Numbered from the stretch's first letter, positions 18,402-27,799 are shown. The stretch: DNA of 64,000 bases from an uncultured bacterium (GCA_949282345.1 CASDOQ010000053.1:37720-101719), one strand, 5' to 3'. The notes: generated by a model from the letters alone, not told the origin. Program-made: numbers and translations.

Positions 18402-19175
18402 TCACTCTCCTATATATGCCTTGATGACTTCGGGATTACTGAGAACATCGGCGGTTTTACCTTCTGCCAATACCGTACCGAAATTGAGGACGGTTGTGCG
18501 GTCGCAGATCCCGGAGACGAGCTTCATATCATGCTCGATCAGAAGGATCGTCATGTCAAAGTGATCGCGGACGAAGCGTATCGTCTGCATCAGTTCCTCG
18601 GTCTCCTGCGGATTCATGCCGGCGGCCGGTTCATCCAGGAGCAAAAGATTCGGATTCGTCGCCAATGCACGGGCAATCTCAAGTTTCCGCTGCTTTCCGT
18701 ACGGGAGATTGCAGGCAAGATTGTTTCTCTCTTCCTCCAGCCCGAAGATCGCAAGGATCTCCTTGGCGCGGGAGCGCATCGTAGTCTCTACTTCAAAATG
18801 CCGCGGCAGGCGGAACATGCTGGTCAGAAAACTGCATCGGAACTCGGGTTGATTCTGAAGGCCGACCATCACGTTCCGCACTACCGTCATATTATTGAAA
18901 AGGCGGATATTCTGAAAAGTCCGGGCGATGCCGCGATGATTGATCTGCTCCTGCGTATAGCCGAGGAGTTCCTGTCCATTCAGAAAGAAGGTTCCGTATG
19001 TCGGCTGATACACGCCCGTAAGCATATTGAAGACCGTGGTCTTCCCCGCTCCGTTCGGCCCTATCAGACCGTAAATCTCGTTTTTTTCAATTTTCAGATT
19101 GACGTGCTGTACCGCCTTCAACCCTCCGAAAGAGATGCCGAGGTCGCGCGTTTCCAGAACGTAAGAACTCTGCAT
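18402..19175 (-). CDS. livG: Branched-chain amino acid ABC transporter ATP-binding protein (LivG type)
   Basis: Contains GPNGAGKTT, LPYGKQRKLEIA and LLLDEPAAG. Start at ATG 19175 (MQSSYVLETRDL), 1 nt from the livM stop; the ORF-track extension is rejected. Confidence 0.9.
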   Translation of the reverse strand: MQSSYVLETRDLGISFGGLKAVQHVNLKIEKNEIYGLIGPNGAGKTTVFNMLTGVYQPTYGTFFLNGQELLGYTQEQINHRGIARTFQNIRLFNNMTVVRNVMVGLQNQPEFRCSFLTSMFRLPRHFEVETTMRSRAKEILAIFGLEEERNNLACNLPYGKQRKLEIARALATNPNLLLLDEPAAGMNPQETEELMQTIRFVRDHFDMTILLIEHDMKLVSGICDRTTVLNFGTVLAEGKTADVLSNPEVIKAYIGE

Positions 19176-19176
19176 A

Positions 19177-20340
19177 TCATTTATCTCCTTTCGGTTTATC
19201 GGGTTTATCCGGCGCGGATGTTGTGAGCTGAAGGTCGGTGGAAAGAATCTCATCAGAAAGGATCTTGGTGGGAACGCGGTCCCATGCCGCCGCATCATCC
19301 TTAACCGTTGCCGGCGTCGTGCGGACAAAGCGTTCGCGTATCCGGGAGAACAGGATCGAAAGGCTGAAACGATCACGGTATTTTTTCAGCGCGGGCGCAT
19401 TGTTATAAATGACCATGCCGATGAGTATCAGGGCATAGATCATATATTTAAGCGCCGCCATATCACCGGAAAGGTTTGCCGTCAGAAGGAAGTTGATCAG
19501 CGTCAGCAACGTAGCCGATACGATCGAGCCGGTAATGCTTCCCATCCCGCCGAGAACCACCATGACAAGGATCTCGATCGAATAGTTAAACGAGAAGAAA
19601 GAATACAGGATCGGCGTGGTATAGGCCCCGTAGATCACCCCGGCGATCCCGGCAAAGAACGCCGCCACGGAAAAAGCGAGGATCTTGTAGAAGGTTACGT
19701 TGACCCCCATGGATTTTGCCGCAATTTCACTGTCACGGATAGCCGTGATGGCGCGTCCGTGTTTCGAACGCATCAGGTTTTGAATCACGAAAAGCGTGAA
19801 GAGCACCGCAAGCAACGCAATAATAAAGAGCTTCGTGCCGTACGTTTCGGTCGGCATTCCGTAAGACTTTCCGAACCAAGGGAGATTTTTAAAAATATTC
19901 CGCACGATCTCCCCGAAAGCCAGCGTCACGATAGCCAGATAGTCGCCTTTCAGCCGAAGGGCGGGAATTCCGACGAGGATGCCGAAGAGCGCGGCGCAGA
20001 TACCGCCGACAAGCATGGCAAGAATAAGCCGGATGGCAAACGATGCGATGACCGGCGCAAGAAGCTGGGAGAACCAGGTGCCGATATACGCACCGATACA
20101 CATGAAACCGGCGTGACCCAGGCTGAGTTCGCCGAGAAAGCCCACCACGAGATTCAAGGAAACGGCCAAAATGATACTGAAGCCTATTTGCGTAAGGAGA
20201 TTGGCATAAGAACGCTTGAGTATTCCGCTCATTTCCAAAGCAATAAAGAGGATCAGTGCAAAAGAGACCAGTGCATAGTTAAAATAATATTTCGGCTTGA
20301 ATCCTTTTTTCACAGCCGCGAAATATCCGTTCTTCTTCAT
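19177..20340 (-). CDS. livM: Branched-chain amino acid ABC transporter permease (LivM type)
   Basis: Polytopic, 387 aa. Position and size match LivM, with a hydrophilic C-terminal tail. Confidence 0.85.
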   Translation of the reverse strand: MKKNGYFAAVKKGFKPKYYFNYALVSFALILFIALEMSGILKRSYANLLTQIGFSIILAVSLNLVVGFLGELSLGHAGFMCIGAYIGTWFSQLLAPVIASFAIRLILAMLVGGICAALFGILVGIPALRLKGDYLAIVTLAFGEIVRNIFKNLPWFGKSYGMPTETYGTKLFIIALLAVLFTLFVIQNLMRSKHGRAITAIRDSEIAAKSMGVNVTFYKILAFSVAAFFAGIAGVIYGAYTTPILYSFFSFNYSIEILVMVVLGGMGSITGSIVSATLLTLINFLLTANLSGDMAALKYMIYALILIGMVIYNNAPALKKYRDRFSLSILFSRIRERFVRTTPATVKDDAAAWDRVPTKILSDEILSTDLQLTTSAPDKPDKPKGDK

Positions 20341-20349
20341 ATTTCCACC

Positions 20350-21222
20350 TTACACTTTCTCTCTGCGCTTGCGTCCGAGCAGACCTGTAGGCTTTACAAG
20401 CAGGATCAGGATCAGGAGGCTGAACTCGATTGCCGTGGTATACGGTGAGAGCGGCGTAATGCTGAGGCAGAGTTTTTCAATAACCCCCAAGAGAATACCG
20501 CCGATCATGGCGCCGGGGATCGAACCGATCCCCCCGATAACGGCCGCTGTGAAGGCCTTGATACCGGGCATGGAACCGAGCGTCGGATTGGTGGCGGGAA
20601 TCTGCATCAGATAAAAGAATCCGGCAAGTGCCGCCAGTGCCGAACCGATGGCAAAAGTCAGCGCAATGATCCCGTTCACATGAATGCCCATCAGTTCCGC
20701 CGCCCCGCGGTCCTCAGAGACGGCGACCATCGCACGCCCCGTCTTGGTTTTCGCAATGAAGATCGTCAATCCCGCCATCACCGCCGCGCCAACCAGAAGG
20801 GTCAACAAAGTGGCATAAGTAATCCGGACCGAACCGATATGGAAAGCGCCGGGAATCAGCGTCTCGATCGTGTGGGATTTGGCACCGAAAATCAGTTGGG
20901 CGAGACTTTGCAAAAAGTAACTGACACCGATGGCCGTGATCAGCACCGCAAGCGGCGACGCCCCGCGAAGAGGACGATAGGCGATCCGCTCGACCGATAC
21001 ACCGAGTACTGTGCAGACCAGCACCGAAAGCAGGATGGCAATAATCTTAAGAGGAACAGAATCCCCGACCATCAGCGTGGAAAAAATGGTGTAAGCACCG
21101 ACCATAATGATATCGCCATGGGCAAAGTTCAGCATTTTGGCAATGCCGTACACCATAGTATATCCGAGGGCAATCAACGCATAGATGCTGCCGAGACTGA
21201 GTCCGTCAATGATTGTACTCAT
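20350..21222 (-). CDS. livH: Branched-chain amino acid ABC transporter permease (LivH type)
   Basis: MSTIIDGLSLGSIYALIALGYTMVYG... is the typical LivH N-terminus. 290 aa. Confidence 0.85.
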   Translation of the reverse strand: MSTIIDGLSLGSIYALIALGYTMVYGIAKMLNFAHGDIIMVGAYTIFSTLMVGDSVPLKIIAILLSVLVCTVLGVSVERIAYRPLRGASPLAVLITAIGVSYFLQSLAQLIFGAKSHTIETLIPGAFHIGSVRITYATLLTLLVGAAVMAGLTIFIAKTKTGRAMVAVSEDRGAAELMGIHVNGIIALTFAIGSALAALAGFFYLMQIPATNPTLGSMPGIKAFTAAVIGGIGSIPGAMIGGILLGVIEKLCLSITPLSPYTTAIEFSLLILILLVKPTGLLGRKRREKV

Positions 21223-21250
21223 GTTTTCTCCTTAACTAAATAACACATAA

Positions 21251-21282
21251 GCTCGCGCAGGCCCTCCTCGGGTCTGCGCGAG
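21251..21282 (-). terminator. Intercistronic stem-loop after the binding-protein gene (attenuator/stabiliser)
   Basis: GCTCGCGCAG-N12-CTGCGCGAGC (10-bp stem) between livJ and livH. Only a weak U-tract follows on the minus strand. Confidence 0.4.
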
Positions 21283-21306
21283 CAGAAAAATCGGAAACGA
21301 ATCAAT

Positions 21307-22440
21307 TTACTGCGCGGGGTTGGAAAGCACTTTGATGACCGGGGCCTTGACGCAAGCGCCGCTCTTTTCCCACTTCATGGTGCCGGTGAGGCCGGTGTAG
21401 GAATAATCGCTCGCCGTGATGACGTTGATGATCGCCTCGCTGAGGGTTTCGGGCTTCACGGTGTAATCGGTGATGCCGGCCTTGGCAATGGCATCGGCGA
21501 TGACCATCATGGCATCGTACGCGTCAGCCGCGAACTGATCGGGATCTGCATTGTATTCCGCACGGAAGGCTTCTACAAACGCCTTCGTCGTGGCATCCTG
21601 AGACTCTACGTCGAAAGGAGTGATATACATAACGCGGTTTTTTTGCATCACATCCGAGATCAGGGGAGAGATCCCGTCAAATCCGTCACAGCCGAAATAC
21701 GTAGCAACGCAGTCCTTCTGCGTGGCAGCCTTGGCGAAGAGCGACGCCTCGGTGTAATAGAACGGCATGAAAATGACGTCGCAATCCTTCAGAGCTTCTG
21801 CCTGAGAGGAGAAATCGGTCTTGTTTTCATTGTCGAAGGTCTTTTCGGTGTAGGTGATTCCGAGCGTTGCCATTTCAGCCTGGAAGGCGGCGTAAATGCC
21901 GGAAGAATAGGAATCGCTGGTGTTGTAGATAGCACCGACCTTGGCGCCGGGCATATTCTCATGGATCCACTGAGCGGCGAGTTTGCCCTGATCGGGGTCT
22001 CCGAAGCAAAGACGGAAGGAATAGGCATTCTTATTGATAACGGAATCAGCCGACGCAGAGGGCGACAGGCAGAAGAGCTTATCGTTTCCTGCTTTATCTA
22101 CGAAAGCCTCGGCGGCACCAGAAGTCACGCCGGAGAGCGACGCCTGCATACCGGCATCGAACAAGAGATCGTAGTTGGTACCGGCCTTCCCGGCTTCTGC
22201 GGCGTCGTCCTTGATCTCAAAGCGGAATTTCACACCACCCTTTGCGTTCAGCTGCTTTACGGCAAGTTCAGCACCTCTCTGCACGGCAATTCCGTACGAG
22301 GCCGCATCGCCGGTCAGCGGGCCGGAAGCGCCGATAAAGAAGCCCTCTTCTTTTCCGCAGCTCGCAAATCCGAGCAAAGCAACAGCCAATATAGCGCCGG
22401 CCACGAACACGGACATACACTTCTTGAAAAACTGTTTCAT
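21307..22440 (-). CDS. livJ: Branched-chain amino acid ABC transporter substrate-binding lipoprotein
   Basis: Lipobox (LLGFASCG), periplasmic-binding-protein type I pattern, first gene of the liv-type operon. 377 aa. Confidence 0.8.
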   Translation of the reverse strand: MKQFFKKCMSVFVAGAILAVALLGFASCGKEEGFFIGASGPLTGDAASYGIAVQRGAELAVKQLNAKGGVKFRFEIKDDAAEAGKAGTNYDLLFDAGMQASLSGVTSGAAEAFVDKAGNDKLFCLSPSASADSVINKNAYSFRLCFGDPDQGKLAAQWIHENMPGAKVGAIYNTSDSYSSGIYAAFQAEMATLGITYTEKTFDNENKTDFSSQAEALKDCDVIFMPFYYTEASLFAKAATQKDCVATYFGCDGFDGISPLISDVMQKNRVMYITPFDVESQDATTKAFVEAFRAEYNADPDQFAADAYDAMMVIADAIAKAGITDYTVKPETLSEAIINVITASDYSYTGLTGTMKWEKSGACVKAPVIKVLSNPAQ

Positions 22441-22622
22441 TTCTCTTACCTCTTTCTTTTTTGGTTATTATTTTATTGCAAATTGCTAACCATACATTGG
22501 AACCGTGGCGGTATCACAGAATTTCATACCCCATGGGATATGCGTGTTTTTCATATTCGTTTTTAACCACTTTCCACTCGATTTCCCTTATATTTCCGAG
22601 GGGTTAACCGAAATATGGACTT

Positions 22623-22651
22623 ATTATAGCGGAGAAATTTATTTTTGTCAA
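22623..22651 (-). promoter_or_regulatory. Consensus SigA promoter of liv operon
   Basis: The minus strand reads TTGACA-17 nt-TATAAT, a perfect consensus. It leaves a ~175-nt AT-rich leader before the livJ ATG. Confidence 0.65.
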
Positions 22652-22756
22652 TAGGTTTCTTGTTGAATAATATTCATCCTCACATTACATTTTGTAATAC
22701 TATCACCGTTTTTCTATATTGCACAAGCTTATCGGGTATAATTTTGTGCAAAATAT

Positions 22757-22787
22757 ACAGAAAAGAAGGGGGCTTTGTCAAACTCCC
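22757..22787 (-). terminator. Rho-independent terminator candidate
   Basis: The minus strand reads GGGAGTTTGACAAAGCCCCC, an imperfect stem, followed by TTCTTTTCTG, just after the stop at 22799. Confidence 0.45.
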
Positions 22788-22798
22788 GCGTGAAAATA

Positions 22799-23515
22799 TT
22801 ATTTTTTCTTTTCTTTTTGCTCTTTTTCTTTCTCAGAGGTATAGTTTTTTACATGATTTTTCACGTTCAGAAGCCACATCAGCCATACACCAACGCCGTG
22901 AGCCCGTTTGGCCATGCTTTCCTGCCAGACCCCATACCGCGCGGTGATCTCATTCCGAATGGCCCACGCACGGATACGCGCAACGAGCTGAAAGGAGAAA
23001 AATACATCCAAAAGAAAGATCCCGACAAAGATCCCCATGGGAAAGAGAAAAAAAGGTCTTTCCACCACATAGGAAAGAATGACGGCAATGTGAGGATGGA
23101 GCAAATAGTAATAGAGAAGGCCGATCCCGCCCCAGGCGAGAGAAAAGAAAGGGGTAATGATCCCGCCAACATTCCATTTGCAGGAGGAATAATCCCAAAG
23201 TTTCACCTTCATGACCTTGGTAAAAAAGAGACCGGTCACGTACTCGATCAAGGTCGAGGAAAGGATGATTAATAATAAGAGGAAGAGAACACGACCGACC
23301 CCGGTGGAAAGAAACGAATACTCCCGGGAACACAGAAAGTAGAGCCAAATGGTCGAAATACCGTAGATCGGCAGGCACGGCCCCAGTAAAAAGCCAGGGT
23401 TCTGCCATTTTTTATGCGCGATCCGCCGGTAAATAAGCTCCAGGACCCACCCGAAAAAACTTCCCAGGAAGAAAAGGCCGAGAAACTTCATGAATAGGTA
23501 CGTAAACTCTTCCAT
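22799..23515 (-). CDS. Polytopic membrane protein, PF06541-like (so-called putative ABC-transporter type IV)
   Basis: FLGLFFLGSFFGWVLELIYRRI N-terminal block plus multiple TM helices. Start at ATG 23515 (MEEFTYLF), which overlaps the AraC stop as TAATG. Confidence 0.6.
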   Translation of the reverse strand: MEEFTYLFMKFLGLFFLGSFFGWVLELIYRRIAHKKWQNPGFLLGPCLPIYGISTIWLYFLCSREYSFLSTGVGRVLFLLLLIILSSTLIEYVTGLFFTKVMKVKLWDYSSCKWNVGGIITPFFSLAWGGIGLLYYYLLHPHIAVILSYVVERPFFLFPMGIFVGIFLLDVFFSFQLVARIRAWAIRNEITARYGVWQESMAKRAHGVGVWLMWLLNVKNHVKNYTSEKEKEQKEKKK

Positions 23516-24360
23516 TATCCTTCCTCCCTGTCTGCTTGCATCCGGCGACGGAGCGCACGCAATGAAGCCGGCGTTGCTCCGCAACGTTCCCGGAATACCC
23601 GATGGAAATATCCGCTGTCGGGGAATCCGCACGCGTGCGCCACGGCCGAAACAGGCTCCTCCGAGCGCAAAAGTTCCTGCATGGCATGTCCGATCCGCAC
23701 GGTATTGATATAGTCAACGGGCGTCACTCCCAGCGTCTGCCGGAAGAAGCGGCCGAAGCGGTCGGCCGAAAGCGAAAGAAGCGAGGCCAGCCCCGTAAGC
23801 GTCAGTTTTTCCGCATAATGCTCCCCAATATATTCGAGCACGGGGCGCAGGCGCATCATACCGTCCAGCGGAAGCTCACCCTCCGCCACGTAACTGTAGG
23901 AACGCAGAAGCAACGCTGCCATATGACTGACCTCTGCCAGAACGAGACTGCCATACATCAGTTCTTTGCCGAGATATTCCCCTACGGCGTTCTCCATATG
24001 CAAGGACAGCGATTCGCAAAGCGGGTCATCCCCCGAAAAACGCAAGACACGGTTTTCGGTCTGCATCAGGAACAGCGAAAAGATGTCATGCTCAAATTGC
24101 CCGGCAAGAAAGACGGCAGAGCGCCGATAGGTCAGGGTACGAAGATAGCATTCCCCGTTTTCGGCCTCGGCATAATGGACGATCCCGGGCAAAAGATGAA
24201 CGATTTCTCCTGCAGAGGCAGAAAAATCCTCGAGCCCTGCATGGATGTGCGCGGAGCCGCGAAGGACTTCGATGAATTCCAAAGAGTCCTTGTGTGCGTG
24301 CGGCGCCAGCAAGGCTTTTTTTCCTCGTACAAATTCTGCAAAACAGGCATTCTCGGCCAT
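23515..24360 (-). CDS. AraC-family transcriptional regulator (cupin N-domain + HTH)
   Basis: C-terminal AraC HTH (LTLTGLASLLSLSADRFGRFFRQTLGVTPVDYINTVRIGHAMQELL...GFPDSGYFHRVFRE). Start at ATG 24360 behind a GGAGGAG RBS. Confidence 0.8.
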   Translation of the reverse strand: MAENACFAEFVRGKKALLAPHAHKDSLEFIEVLRGSAHIHAGLEDFSASAGEIVHLLPGIVHYAEAENGECYLRTLTYRRSAVFLAGQFEHDIFSLFLMQTENRVLRFSGDDPLCESLSLHMENAVGEYLGKELMYGSLVLAEVSHMAALLLRSYSYVAEGELPLDGMMRLRPVLEYIGEHYAEKLTLTGLASLLSLSADRFGRFFRQTLGVTPVDYINTVRIGHAMQELLRSEEPVSAVAHACGFPDSGYFHRVFRERCGATPASLRALRRRMQADREEG

Positions 24361-24399
24361 CTTCTCTCCTCCGAACTCCCAAATGTTCGACATAATATT

Positions 24400-24428
24400 A
24401 TCATAACAAATTTTCTTCGGAAAGTAAA
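24400..24428 (-). promoter_or_regulatory. SigA-type promoter (extended -10) for AraC operon
   Basis: The minus strand reads TTTACT-17 nt-TATGAT, with TGT immediately upstream of the -10. Confidence 0.5.
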
Positions 24429-24468
24429 GGGCGTTTGGGAAAAAAGAACCGAAAACCGGGAACTATGT

Positions 24469-24491
24469 AAAAAGGCCGCACAAGGCGGCCT
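24469..24491 (-). terminator. Rho-independent terminator
   Basis: AGGCCGC-N5-GCGGCCT stem, followed by TTTTT on the minus strand, after the stop at 24525. Confidence 0.65.
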
Positions 24492-24524
24492 TTGACGGAA
24501 AAAGCGATCCCGTACGGGAAGTGT

Positions 24525-25541
24525 TCAGTCGATATCCTCGAGATACGTGTCGATCGCGGTGTCCAGCAGTTCGGGATGCAGGAGCGCGCGTTTGACGATC
24601 TTGAATGCGGAAGCGTAATAATATCCATCGCAGATCCGCTCATCCGTCACGACGCGGAGAGAAACGAAATGCCGCCGCTCCACGCTTCCGTCTTCGTTGA
24701 TCACATCCTTGGTATACTTCTTTCCATACGAAAGGAATACCGGCAGTGTACCGAAATCGTAAAGATGGTGATAAATAGGATTGATACCGAGCGAGCCCAT
24801 GCTGGTAATGATAAAGGAACCGTGGAAGGGACTGACCTTCAGCAGTTTCCGAGGTAAAAGATCGAAATAATCGAGGAAGCGCAGAAGCCCGACGGTAAAA
24901 CGCAGAAGAAGACCGGGGATACGGCGCAAAAGCCCTGCGGTCTTATCAAAATTCGTTTCCTTCGCAAATGCTTCCTTTACCGTGGCCTCAAACTTCTCAT
25001 AAACCTGCACAGCAGTATCGCGGGGATCGAACTGCACCTTGACAACGGTATCGGGAGAATCCAGCGTCATTATTTTCTTGACGGTCATGACCGCCACAAT
25101 ATCCGATCTGGAATAGATATGTTGTCCTGCAACGAATCGATTGATACCGGGGCGCTGGGCAATGGCCCGGACGTAACTCGCCAAGAACAAATGCAGGATG
25201 CCCATATTGATGTAGCCTTCCTTATGCTTTTTTTCAAGATACGCTTCGATATTCGTGATGTCGATCTCGTCCTCAAAATGATTCTGCGCATCGGAGCGCA
25301 CCTTCATGATATACGGGATCATCGCAGTCATGGCCGGCAGCGTACGGATGCGGCGGCCGTCCCGCCGGTCGCCAAAGCGGCGGCGTCTTTTCTTTTCCTT
25401 TTTCCTTTCTTCCTTTTTTTCCTCTCCTATATCCTGACCGGCTGTTTCATTTTCCATATCTTCCACGTCGATCGTCAGGGTCGCCTGCTCGCCGACGTCG
25501 GTTCCATTGATTTTCTCTGGCACGTAAAAGTCCTCTTTCAC
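24525..25541 (-). CDS. Stand-alone 2-oxoacid dehydrogenase E2-type acyltransferase-fold protein (catalytic His replaced)
   Basis: The C-terminal ~250 aa resemble the E2 catalytic domain, but the DHRxxDG block reads DERICDG. The N-terminus is a charged low-complexity segment. The GTG start at 25541 is uncertain. Confidence 0.6.
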   Translation of the reverse strand: MKEDFYVPEKINGTDVGEQATLTIDVEDMENETAGQDIGEEKKEERKKEKKRRRRFGDRRDGRRIRTLPAMTAMIPYIMKVRSDAQNHFEDEIDITNIEAYLEKKHKEGYINMGILHLFLASYVRAIAQRPGINRFVAGQHIYSRSDIVAVMTVKKIMTLDSPDTVVKVQFDPRDTAVQVYEKFEATVKEAFAKETNFDKTAGLLRRIPGLLLRFTVGLLRFLDYFDLLPRKLLKVSPFHGSFIITSMGSLGINPIYHHLYDFGTLPVFLSYGKKYTKDVINEDGSVERRHFVSLRVVTDERICDGYYYASAFKIVKRALLHPELLDTAIDTYLEDID

Positions 25542-25555
25542 AAGTTTTCTTCGCT

Positions 25556-25584
25556 ATTGTAACAAAAAGTTCACATTTTGTCAA
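25556..25584 (-). promoter_or_regulatory. SigA-type promoter
   Basis: The minus strand reads TTGACA-17 nt-TACAAT. The -10 ends only 14 nt before the GTG at 25541. Confidence 0.55.
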
Positions 25585-25596
25585 GTGCCTGACAAT

Positions 25597-25621
25597 AGAA
25601 AGGGCGGGAAATCTCCCGCCC
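25597..25621 (-). terminator. Rho-independent terminator of EF-G paralog gene
   Basis: GGGCGGGA-N4-TCCCGCCC (8-bp stem), followed by TTTCT on the minus strand. Confidence 0.6.
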
Positions 25622-25627
25622 CGCCGT

Positions 25628-27700
25628 TTAATCGGCATTTGACGCCCGGATGACCTTCTCGGCCACCGAGGAGGGAACCTCCTCATATCGGACAAAGGTG
25701 TATTCAAATCGTCCGCGCCCCTGGGTTGCAGCACGAAGCGCAATCACATAATCGGTCATTTCGGCCTGCGGCACCTCGGCAAGCACCGTCTGATACCCGG
25801 ATCGCCCTTCGGTCGGCTCGATTCCCATGACACGGCCGCGCCGTTTATTGAGATCACCTAGCACGTCCCCGACGTAGTCGTCCGGCACGCTCACGCGCAA
25901 TTCTCCGACCGGCTCCAGCAAAACGGGATTGGCCCGCGGGATTCCGTCCTTGTACGCAAGAACCGCCGCCAGTTTGAAGGAGATCTCGTTACTGTCTACC
26001 GGATGATAGGAACCGTCAAAGAGGTCTGCCGCCAGATGCACCATCGGATATCCCGCCAAAACGCCGCGCTGCATCGACTCCTGGATCCCCTTCTCGACCG
26101 CCGGGAAGAAGTTACGGGGAACCGCACCGCCGAATACGCTCTCGGTAAAGGTCAGGCCCTCCTCTTCTCCGGGAGAGAACGTGATCTTGACGTGGCCGTA
26201 CTGGCCGCTCCCGCCCGATTGTTTCTTGTGTTTTCCTTCGGCCTCCACCCGGCTGCGGATCGTCTCCCGATACGGTATCTTCCGCTCCCCGAGGGTAACA
26301 GTAAGATTAAAACGCGATTTCAGTTTGGCGGCCAACGCATCAAGATGGATGTCCCCGAGACCGAAAACGACAAGCTGGCGGGTCTCCGGGTTGTTTTCAA
26401 GCCGGAGAGTGGAATCCTCCTCAAGAAAACGGGCCAACGCCGTAGACAGTTTATCTTCCTCGCCCTTTGCGGCGCTGATCGAGCGGCCATAATAGGCGTT
26501 CGGATAAACCGTTGGCGCATAGGAAAAATCCTGCGCCCGGGTGGTGAGGGTGTCGTTTGTCCCCGTGGCATTCAGTTTGGTAATTACGCCGATGTCGCCG
26601 CAGAAAAGCGTATCGACTTCATTCTGCTTTTTTCCGCAGGGAACCAACAGCCGGCCGAACTTCTCCGTACCGCCGTTCTGCGTGTTGCGCAGGGTTGCAT
26701 CGCGGGAAAGCGTTCCCTCCATCACGCGGAAATACGACATTTTTCCGACGAAGGGATCCGCGATGGTTTTGAAGACGAAGACAGAAGTCTCGGTGCTGTC
26801 ACGGTCGATGGGAAGCGTATCTTCTTCTCCGCCCCGGACGATCTTTTCCTTCCCGCGGACGGTCGGCCGCGGGAAGGAGTCGACAATGGTATTCAGCAGG
26901 GATTTGATGCCCCACAGTTTCACGGCCGCGCCGCAAAAGACCGGGATGATCTCATTATGGATGATCCCTTCATGAATCGCCTCGACCAGCTCCTCGTGCG
27001 AGATCGTCTCTCCGGCAAAATATTTTTCCATCAAGGCTTCGCTCGTTGCGGCGGCCGCCTCGACCAGTTTTTCACGGTATTCCTCCGCCACGGGCATGAA
27101 CTGCTCGGGGATCGGCGTGCTGACGACCTCGCCGCTGTGTGAATCAAAGGTATAGACCTGCATGTCGACGAGATACAAAAAGCCGGTCACCTTATCGCCG
27201 TCGATGCAGGGGATGAGCAGAGGACACAGTTTCTTTCCGTAGCGCTCGGTCAGTTTGTCATAGGCCTTTTTGAAGCGCGCCTCCCCGTCGTCAAAGCGGT
27301 TGATGAAAAAGGTGCGCGGGATCCCGGCGGCGGTGGCGTATTCCCATGCGATATCGGTGCCGACCTCCGGCCCGTTCTTCCCGTCCACGACAATGATTGC
27401 GCTGTCGGAAACGCGAATGACCTGACGCATCTCGCCCTCAAAGTCAAAATAGCCGGGGGCGTCCAGAATATTGATCTTCACATCACGGTATTCCACCGTG
27501 GCTACGGCGGAGGAAAGCGAAAAACCGCGCCGGATCTCTTCGGGATCAAAGTCACAAACCGTATTCCCATCAGGAATTTTTCCGAGGCGGTCGGTCGTTC
27601 CGCCCAAAAACAGCATAGCTTCCGCCAGAGAAGTTTTCCCGGCTCCGCTGTGACCGAGCAGACATACGTTACGTAACATTTTGGTGGGATAGGTTTGCAT
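25628..27700 (-). CDS. Elongation factor G paralog (EF-G II-like translational GTPase)
   Basis: G1 is LLGHSGAGKTSL, G3 is DAPGYFDF and G4 is NRFD. All five EF-G domains are present (690 aa). Start at ATG 27700 behind AAAAGGAG; the ORF-track extension is rejected. Confidence 0.85.
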   Translation of the reverse strand: MQTYPTKMLRNVCLLGHSGAGKTSLAEAMLFLGGTTDRLGKIPDGNTVCDFDPEEIRRGFSLSSAVATVEYRDVKINILDAPGYFDFEGEMRQVIRVSDSAIIVVDGKNGPEVGTDIAWEYATAAGIPRTFFINRFDDGEARFKKAYDKLTERYGKKLCPLLIPCIDGDKVTGFLYLVDMQVYTFDSHSGEVVSTPIPEQFMPVAEEYREKLVEAAAATSEALMEKYFAGETISHEELVEAIHEGIIHNEIIPVFCGAAVKLWGIKSLLNTIVDSFPRPTVRGKEKIVRGGEEDTLPIDRDSTETSVFVFKTIADPFVGKMSYFRVMEGTLSRDATLRNTQNGGTEKFGRLLVPCGKKQNEVDTLFCGDIGVITKLNATGTNDTLTTRAQDFSYAPTVYPNAYYGRSISAAKGEEDKLSTALARFLEEDSTLRLENNPETRQLVVFGLGDIHLDALAAKLKSRFNLTVTLGERKIPYRETIRSRVEAEGKHKKQSGGSGQYGHVKITFSPGEEEGLTFTESVFGGAVPRNFFPAVEKGIQESMQRGVLAGYPMVHLAADLFDGSYHPVDSNEISFKLAAVLAYKDGIPRANPVLLEPVGELRVSVPDDYVGDVLGDLNKRRGRVMGIEPTEGRSGYQTVLAEVPQAEMTDYVIALRAATQGRGRFEYTFVRYEEVPSSVAEKVIRASNAD

Positions 27701-27799
27701 ACAAAGTCTCCTTTTCTGTATTTCTATGGTTTGGATGCCTGAGGCATCCCGATACCACGACAAACGGCCGGCAGCTTTTTCTGCCATCCGCATATCTAT

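Noticed and set aside
22441-22620. T-box or CodY-box regulation of the liv leader
   Set aside because: I found no T-box core or specifier-loop layout. The best CodY-like strings match the 15-mer consensus at well under half the positions.
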